From Psychrobacter cryohalolentis K5 (GTDB lineage: Bacteria > Pseudomonadota > Gammaproteobacteria > Pseudomonadales > Moraxellaceae), in the NCBI RefSeq assembly GCF_000013905.1, contig NC_007969.1:2460001-2492000 (forward strand): 32,000 bases of DNA. Direction: 5' to 3'. Under the pieces are notes generated by a model. It saw nothing but the letters and a program-made list of their open reading frames with translations, had not been told where the DNA came from and searched no databases. The translations under genes and the position numbers were made by a program. Shown here piece by piece: positions 27,726 to 32,000 of this stretch. Within the stretch, counting starts at the first letter, position 1. The number at the start of each line of letters is the position of its first letter.

Positions 27726-28454
27726 TTATTTGTCAGCCATAGCTAGGTAGATACCACGATCTGAAGCATCATCGACGTATCTAGCATCGCGCCACGTCGT
27801 ATAGTTGTAATGACCGCTGTATGGGCTGATGCTGTTTTGACGGAAGTCAGACACCCAGTCATTACCATCAAATATTTGAATATGGCCATGAGGACGACTT
27901 GAGGTACGGTCATAAACAACCACATCACCAACCTGTGGTTCCATGTTATTACTGATTTTGGTAAAACCCGCTTGTGACAGTGTGCCACGAGACGCATATT
28001 GATACGCTGAAGGATTAGGCGTGAATTCGTAGCCCGCTGATTGTAACGCTTTACGGACATAACGAGCGCAATAGCCTGTGCTACTAGATAAAGCGACTCG
28101 TGAAGCATTCGCTGCTGCAATAGCAGGCGCCGAATAACGATCTGGCACTGAACTTACTTTCTGCTGACGTTGCTCATAAGACAAACGATTGGTTAGCGAA
28201 GCAAGCTGATATTCTTTTTGTTTTGCATGCGCGCTTAAATTATCGATTGCTTGGCTGATTTCATCATTGCTAGAAACATATGCACCGCTGTTGGTGCTGT
28301 AGATGTTACGACTAGAACCGTAGTTCGCAGAAGTAGTGATATTGGTGATGGTATGACTCAAGGTATTATTTGATTGAAAGGTTGTTTCGGCAGCACCACT
28401 TGTCTGTGCTACGCCCATTCCCAATACTGATAAAATTAATAAAGCTTGTTTCAT
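27726..28454 (-). CDS. Secreted CHAP/NlpC-P60-like cysteine peptidase or amidase (putative peptidoglycan hydrolase)
   Basis: The Sec signal peptide MKQALLILSVLGMGVAQTSGAAE starts at ATG 28454, and the track start at 28532 is over-extended. A Ser/Asn/Thr-rich linker follows. The C-terminal domain has candidate catalytic Cys (GYCARYVRKAL) and His (RPHGHIQIFDG). Confidence 0.7.
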   Translation of the reverse strand: MKQALLILSVLGMGVAQTSGAAETTFQSNNTLSHTITNITTSANYGSSRNIYSTNSGAYVSSNDEISQAIDNLSAHAKQKEYQLASLTNRLSYEQRQQKVSSVPDRYSAPAIAAANASRVALSSSTGYCARYVRKALQSAGYEFTPNPSAYQYASRGTLSQAGFTKISNNMEPQVGDVVVYDRTSSRPHGHIQIFDGNDWVSDFRQNSISPYSGHYNYTTWRDARYVDDASDRGIYLAMADK

Positions 28455-28721
28455 AAATTTACTACCTATTGTGAAAACAGAATTGCTCGTCATCCGTGAC
28501 AAAGCATGAATTAGTTTAGAGAATATAATCATGAAATAAACATGATAAAATATTTAGTACAATCGCTCTTTTACTTCTTAAGTAGCTGATGCTGATATCA
28601 TTAGCAGCTTAATCATCTACTATATAAATCGTTTGCTACGTCATACCTTGCTTTAAAAATGAGCGTTTAGAGCCTGTTTATTATGAGTATCGATTTTTCA
28701 CCTATTAGATGAGTCATTACG

Positions 28722-29237
28722 ATGTCCAAAAAAAACCCTAACCGCCTTGCCACTCTCATCGATCATCAAGCTTTTGCTGGTAGTGCGCTACCTCAAAGCC
28801 TATCTGATAGTATGCGCTTATATGTGCAAGCGACCACTGAAATAAAAGCGCTTTTGGTAGATTGTCTACCTGAGGAAATCCTCAATAACTGCTGGGTCGT
28901 AGGCTTAACGTCTGAGCAATTGATACTCAGTGTCGAATCAGTCACTGCTGCCAATCATATTCGCTATTTGCAGAGCGCGTATTTGCAAGTGTTAACAGAG
29001 CAGTCAATTACATTTAAACAACTCAAGCAAATTCGCGTCGTCATAGCCAATAAATCTACCAATAATAATTATTCTAAATCATCATCAGGCTTGTCAGCAT
29101 CACGCTCAATGTCCGTTAAAGCCCATGAAAATCAGGCTCTTAGCCAAAACACAAAGCGGACTATATCACAGGCAGCAGAGCATGTCACCACTGATGAAAA
29201 CCTCAAAAAAGCACTATTACGCCTTATAAATCCGTAA
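28722..29237 (+). CDS. dciA: DUF721/DciA-family protein (putative replicative helicase loader or operator) with a low-complexity C-terminal tail
   Basis: The core NNCWVVGLTSEQLILSVESVTAANHIRYLQSAYLQVL fits the DUF721 pattern (W..vG......g.L.v.v.s...a.eL). The gene is divergent from lpxC. Assignment is by recognition only. Confidence 0.6.
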   Translation: MSKKNPNRLATLIDHQAFAGSALPQSLSDSMRLYVQATTEIKALLVDCLPEEILNNCWVVGLTSEQLILSVESVTAANHIRYLQSAYLQVLTEQSITFKQLKQIRVVIANKSTNNNYSKSSSGLSASRSMSVKAHENQALSQNTKRTISQAAEHVTTDENLKKALLRLINP

Positions 29238-29327
29238 AAAACCCCTACAGGCAATGTAAAGTTATGTAAACTAATCCGGTAAATGATACGATTCAGGCTG
29301 GGTTTTTGTAATTTCAAAAACAAAAAA

Positions 29328-29376
29328 AATCATCTGTCAGTGTCATTCACATTGTGAACCTCACTGACAGATGATT
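29328..29376. terminator. Long hairpin terminator between dciA-like and lpxC, strongest for the minus-strand (lpxC) transcript
   Basis: A 15-bp perfect stem, AATCATCTGTCAGTG (29328-29342) with CACTGACAGATGATT (29362-29376), plus an inner 6-bp palindrome TTCACA/TGTGAA. The A8 run at 29322-29329 gives a U8 tract on the minus strand. On the plus strand the arm is followed by TT (29377-29378) and then GC. Confidence 0.75.
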
Positions 29377-29535
29377 TTGCTATTCGCTACAGCTTTTATC
29401 TCATCTACTATACAGGCAAGTTATCATAAAATAAAGAAATATATATCCACTTATATGAATATAATTTCACTCTACTTATAACCATTTTATGTAATATTGC
29501 GTAAATGTTTCGATACTTCGTGTATATTCCTGTAT

Positions 29536-30453
29536 TCATCCTTCGACAGTTATACCATTTAAAGGTAAATATTCGATAGGACATGTTACATTGTCATCAA
29601 AAGTTACAATTTCAAAGTTATTATGGTCAGATAAAATCTCACGTACCAATAAGTTATTTAAAGCATGACCGGATTTATAAGCATTAAAACGACCCAGAAT
29701 AGGATATCCAATCAGATATAAATCACCAAGTGCATCTAAAATTTTATGACGAACAAATTCGTCATTAAAACGCAGACCTTCTTCATTCAAAATATTACTT
29801 TCATCGATAACAATCGCATTGTCCATGCTACCGCCTAATGCCAGATTGTTCTGACGCATGGCTTCGATATCACGTAAAAAACCAAAAGTGCGTGCTGAAC
29901 TCAGCCGTTCAATGAAGTTTTGGGTTGAAAACTGTAATTGGGCATGCTGAAAGTTTTTATCAATCGCAGGATGATCAAAATCAATCTCGAAATTAAGCTC
30001 AAATCCATTATAAGGACGTAGCTCTGCCCATTTATCGTCAACTTTGACACGTACCGTACGTACAATCCTGATAAATTTCTTTGAAGCATCCTGTTCGCAA
30101 AAACCTGCTTGCAATAACAGTCCTACAAAAGGCGCAGCACTGCCATCCATAATAGGTATCTCTGATGCCGATACACGAATTAATAGATTATCAACGCCAA
30201 GTCCCGCTATCGCGCTGAGCAAGTGCTCAACCGTACCGACACGTGTACCACCAAACACCAGATTAGATGACATCATGGTATCTTGTACCAAAAAGGCACT
30301 GGCAGGAATTGGCGTGCTGCCAGTAATATCAGAACGCTCAAAGACGATTCCAGTATCGATTGGTTGCGGATGAAATTCTAAATCAACAGGTTGACCACTA
30401 TGAAGACCAGTACCTGTAACAGCAATTGCTGTTTTTATGGTTCGTTGATTCAT
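29536..30453 (-). CDS. lpxC: UDP-3-O-acyl-N-acetylglucosamine deacetylase
   Basis: MNQRTIKTAIAVTGTGLHSGQPV..., VGTVEHLLSA, HKILDALGDL and KSGHALNN. The start is set at ATG 30453 to match the conserved N-terminus, because the track start at 30498 adds 15 residues. Confidence 0.96.
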   Translation of the reverse strand: MNQRTIKTAIAVTGTGLHSGQPVDLEFHPQPIDTGIVFERSDITGSTPIPASAFLVQDTMMSSNLVFGGTRVGTVEHLLSAIAGLGVDNLLIRVSASEIPIMDGSAAPFVGLLLQAGFCEQDASKKFIRIVRTVRVKVDDKWAELRPYNGFELNFEIDFDHPAIDKNFQHAQLQFSTQNFIERLSSARTFGFLRDIEAMRQNNLALGGSMDNAIVIDESNILNEEGLRFNDEFVRHKILDALGDLYLIGYPILGRFNAYKSGHALNNLLVREILSDHNNFEIVTFDDNVTCPIEYLPLNGITVEG

Positions 30454-30752
30454 GACTGTCTTCTCACATATTTTGTTACAATTGCCATAGTGTATCATTA
30501 CCCGAACCCTGTTCGCTAGCGATAAAAAGCGTTAATTTACCTATCTCTTTGATTGATAACACTTATCGAAGCATTATTATCGGTGACTGTTTAGTCGCAA
30601 TCACCAACAGAAGGCTATGAAATATCGGGCTTTGAAAGGCTTCATCTCTTGAAAATACCGCCTAAATTGGTATGAGTAGGTAACATTTTCTGATAAATAG
30701 GAATAACCAATATATAAGTAGTTGGTGAACAGCAGAGATTATGAATAGGCAC

Positions 30753-30786
30753 AAAAAAGCCAGCGCTTGAACACTGGCTTTTTTAG
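30753..30786 (-). terminator. Rho-independent terminator of ftsZ
   Basis: GCCAG (30759-30763) pairs with CTGGC (30774-30778). It is flanked by A6 (30753-30758) and T6 (30779-30784), about 30 nt beyond the ftsZ stop. Confidence 0.6.
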
Positions 30787-30811
30787 AGAGCAATATTTAT
30801 ACGAATGATAT

Positions 30812-31993
30812 CTATTTGTTCTGCTGACGCTTTAGATAATCTTGAATGCTATTGGTCTTAGTTTTAGTCTGTTCAGGCACAGTATTAGAGCGAATTGGGT
30901 TTTCTTGATATTGAGCTTGAGACTGTTTTTGACTGTTCAAGGCACTAGTATGCAAGTTTGGATCAACAGGTTGCGTACTATTTACAGAAGGTACAGGTTG
31001 CTCAACCACTTCAGGCTCTTCACCAGCGTTTTCATCCAAGGTTAAACCAGTTGCAATAACGGTAACATGCAAATCGTCGCCCATTTTTTCATCAATCACT
31101 GAGCCATAGAAGATATGCGCTTCATCGATATCAGTAATTTCTTCGACAATCACACTGATCTTGCTCATCTCATCTAGAGATAAGGATTCAGATGAAATCA
31201 CGTTGACGAGTAAGCCTTTGGCATTCTCTAGGCGCAAATCATCAAGTAATGGCGATCTAATGGCTTTTTCAGTCGCTTGACGCGCACGATCATCACCGCT
31301 GGCACGACCGATACCCATCATCGCATGGCCCTTAGCGGTCATTGCGGTACGGATATCGTTAAAGTCAATGTTGATCATACCTTCGCTAGCGATGGTCTCT
31401 GCAATACCTTGGACTGCATGCAATAGCACATCATCTGCTTTTTTAAAGGCATCTTGCATAGAGATGTTGCCGTAGACACTCATCAACTTATCATTTGGAA
31501 TCGTAATGATAGAATCTACAAAGTTAGTCAGCTGCTCGATACCCGCTTTGGCAGCCTTGATACGTTTTCCGCCTTCAAATTTGAACGGCGTGGTGACTAC
31601 AGCAACGGTCAATACTTCCATTTCTTTGGCAATACGCGCTACGACTGGTGCAGCACCAGTGCCCGTACCACCACCCATTCCAGCGGTGATAAAGACCATA
31701 TCTGAATGCTCAAGCAGTGCACGAATTGCTTCTTCGTCACTTTCTGCTGCTTCACGACCTACTTCTGGATTCGCTCCTGCACCAAGACCACGGTTGGTTT
31801 TTGCGCCAAGTTGTAACTTATGCGGTGCGGTCAAACGATCAAGCGCCTGTTTGTCCGTATTGGCACAGACGAATGTTACACCTCTAATCCCTTGCTGTAC
31901 CATATGTTCAACTGCATTACCGCCACCGCCGCCTACACCGAATACAGTGAAGCTTGCTTGGCCATTATTTTGAAGCTGATTATCATCTGGCAT
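30812..31993 (-). CDS. ftsZ: Cell division GTPase FtsZ
   Basis: FGVGGGGGNAV, GAGANPEVGREAA and the tubulin signature GMGGGTGTGAAPV. The C-terminal conserved peptide reads IQDYLKRQ. Confidence 0.98.
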   Translation of the reverse strand: MPDDNQLQNNGQASFTVFGVGGGGGNAVEHMVQQGIRGVTFVCANTDKQALDRLTAPHKLQLGAKTNRGLGAGANPEVGREAAESDEEAIRALLEHSDMVFITAGMGGGTGTGAAPVVARIAKEMEVLTVAVVTTPFKFEGGKRIKAAKAGIEQLTNFVDSIITIPNDKLMSVYGNISMQDAFKKADDVLLHAVQGIAETIASEGMINIDFNDIRTAMTAKGHAMMGIGRASGDDRARQATEKAIRSPLLDDLRLENAKGLLVNVISSESLSLDEMSKISVIVEEITDIDEAHIFYGSVIDEKMGDDLHVTVIATGLTLDENAGEEPEVVEQPVPSVNSTQPVDPNLHTSALNSQKQSQAQYQENPIRSNTVPEQTKTKTNSIQDYLKRQQNK

Positions 31994-32000
31994 GGTGTAT

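Noticed and set aside
1-32000. Visual search for tRNA T-loop motifs (GGTTCGAATCC-like), rRNA, tmRNA, RNase P or SRP starts, CRISPR-like spaced repeats, IS inverted repeats, and transposase or integrase ORFs.
   Set aside because: None was found by eye. The intergenic repeats present are single hairpins that are explained as terminators. A covariance-model scan (Infernal with Rfam, tRNAscan-SE) would be needed to exclude small RNAs formally.

Overview
This window looks like conserved chromosomal backbone from an AT-rich gammaproteobacterium. I infer Moraxellaceae, probably Psychrobacter-like, from protein sequence character, a DciA-type loader gene and a SpoT whose synthetase motifs are degenerate. 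Gene order is: catalase (5' part, minus strand, cut by the window edge), thioesterase-family protein, small membrane protein, ispH | gmk, rpoZ, spoT, ridA, priA, CDF metal exporter | small membrane protein | orphan 234-aa protein, CPA2/Kef-type K+ antiporter | DUF2628 membrane protein | trmB, about 1 kb of noncoding DNA, recA, recX | yidB-like, ygfX-like, sdhE, folP, ftsH, rlmE | yhbY, 245-aa hypothetical | secreted CHAP/NlpC-P60-like hydrolase | dciA-like | lpxC, ftsZ (end of the dcw cluster). By eye I found no tRNA, rRNA, CRISPR array, transposase, integrase or phage genes, and no convincing multi-gene accessory island. I therefore do not claim a novel multi-gene system. The items most worth a second look are these. 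(1) The ~1 kb AT-rich noncoding region between trmB and recA carries two perfect and one near-perfect DnaA boxes flanking a tract of about 9% GC. (2) A DUF2628 membrane protein has a C-terminal ~110 aa that looks like a type IV pilin head domain. (3) SpoT has an intact HD hydrolase domain but visibly degenerate synthetase motifs. (4) RecX carries a ~190-aa low-complexity N-terminal extension. Several start codons in the ORF track are over-extended, some through TTG/GTG starts, and I have re-set them to conserved N-termini. All functional calls rest on my recognition of the translated sequences. No database search was run.
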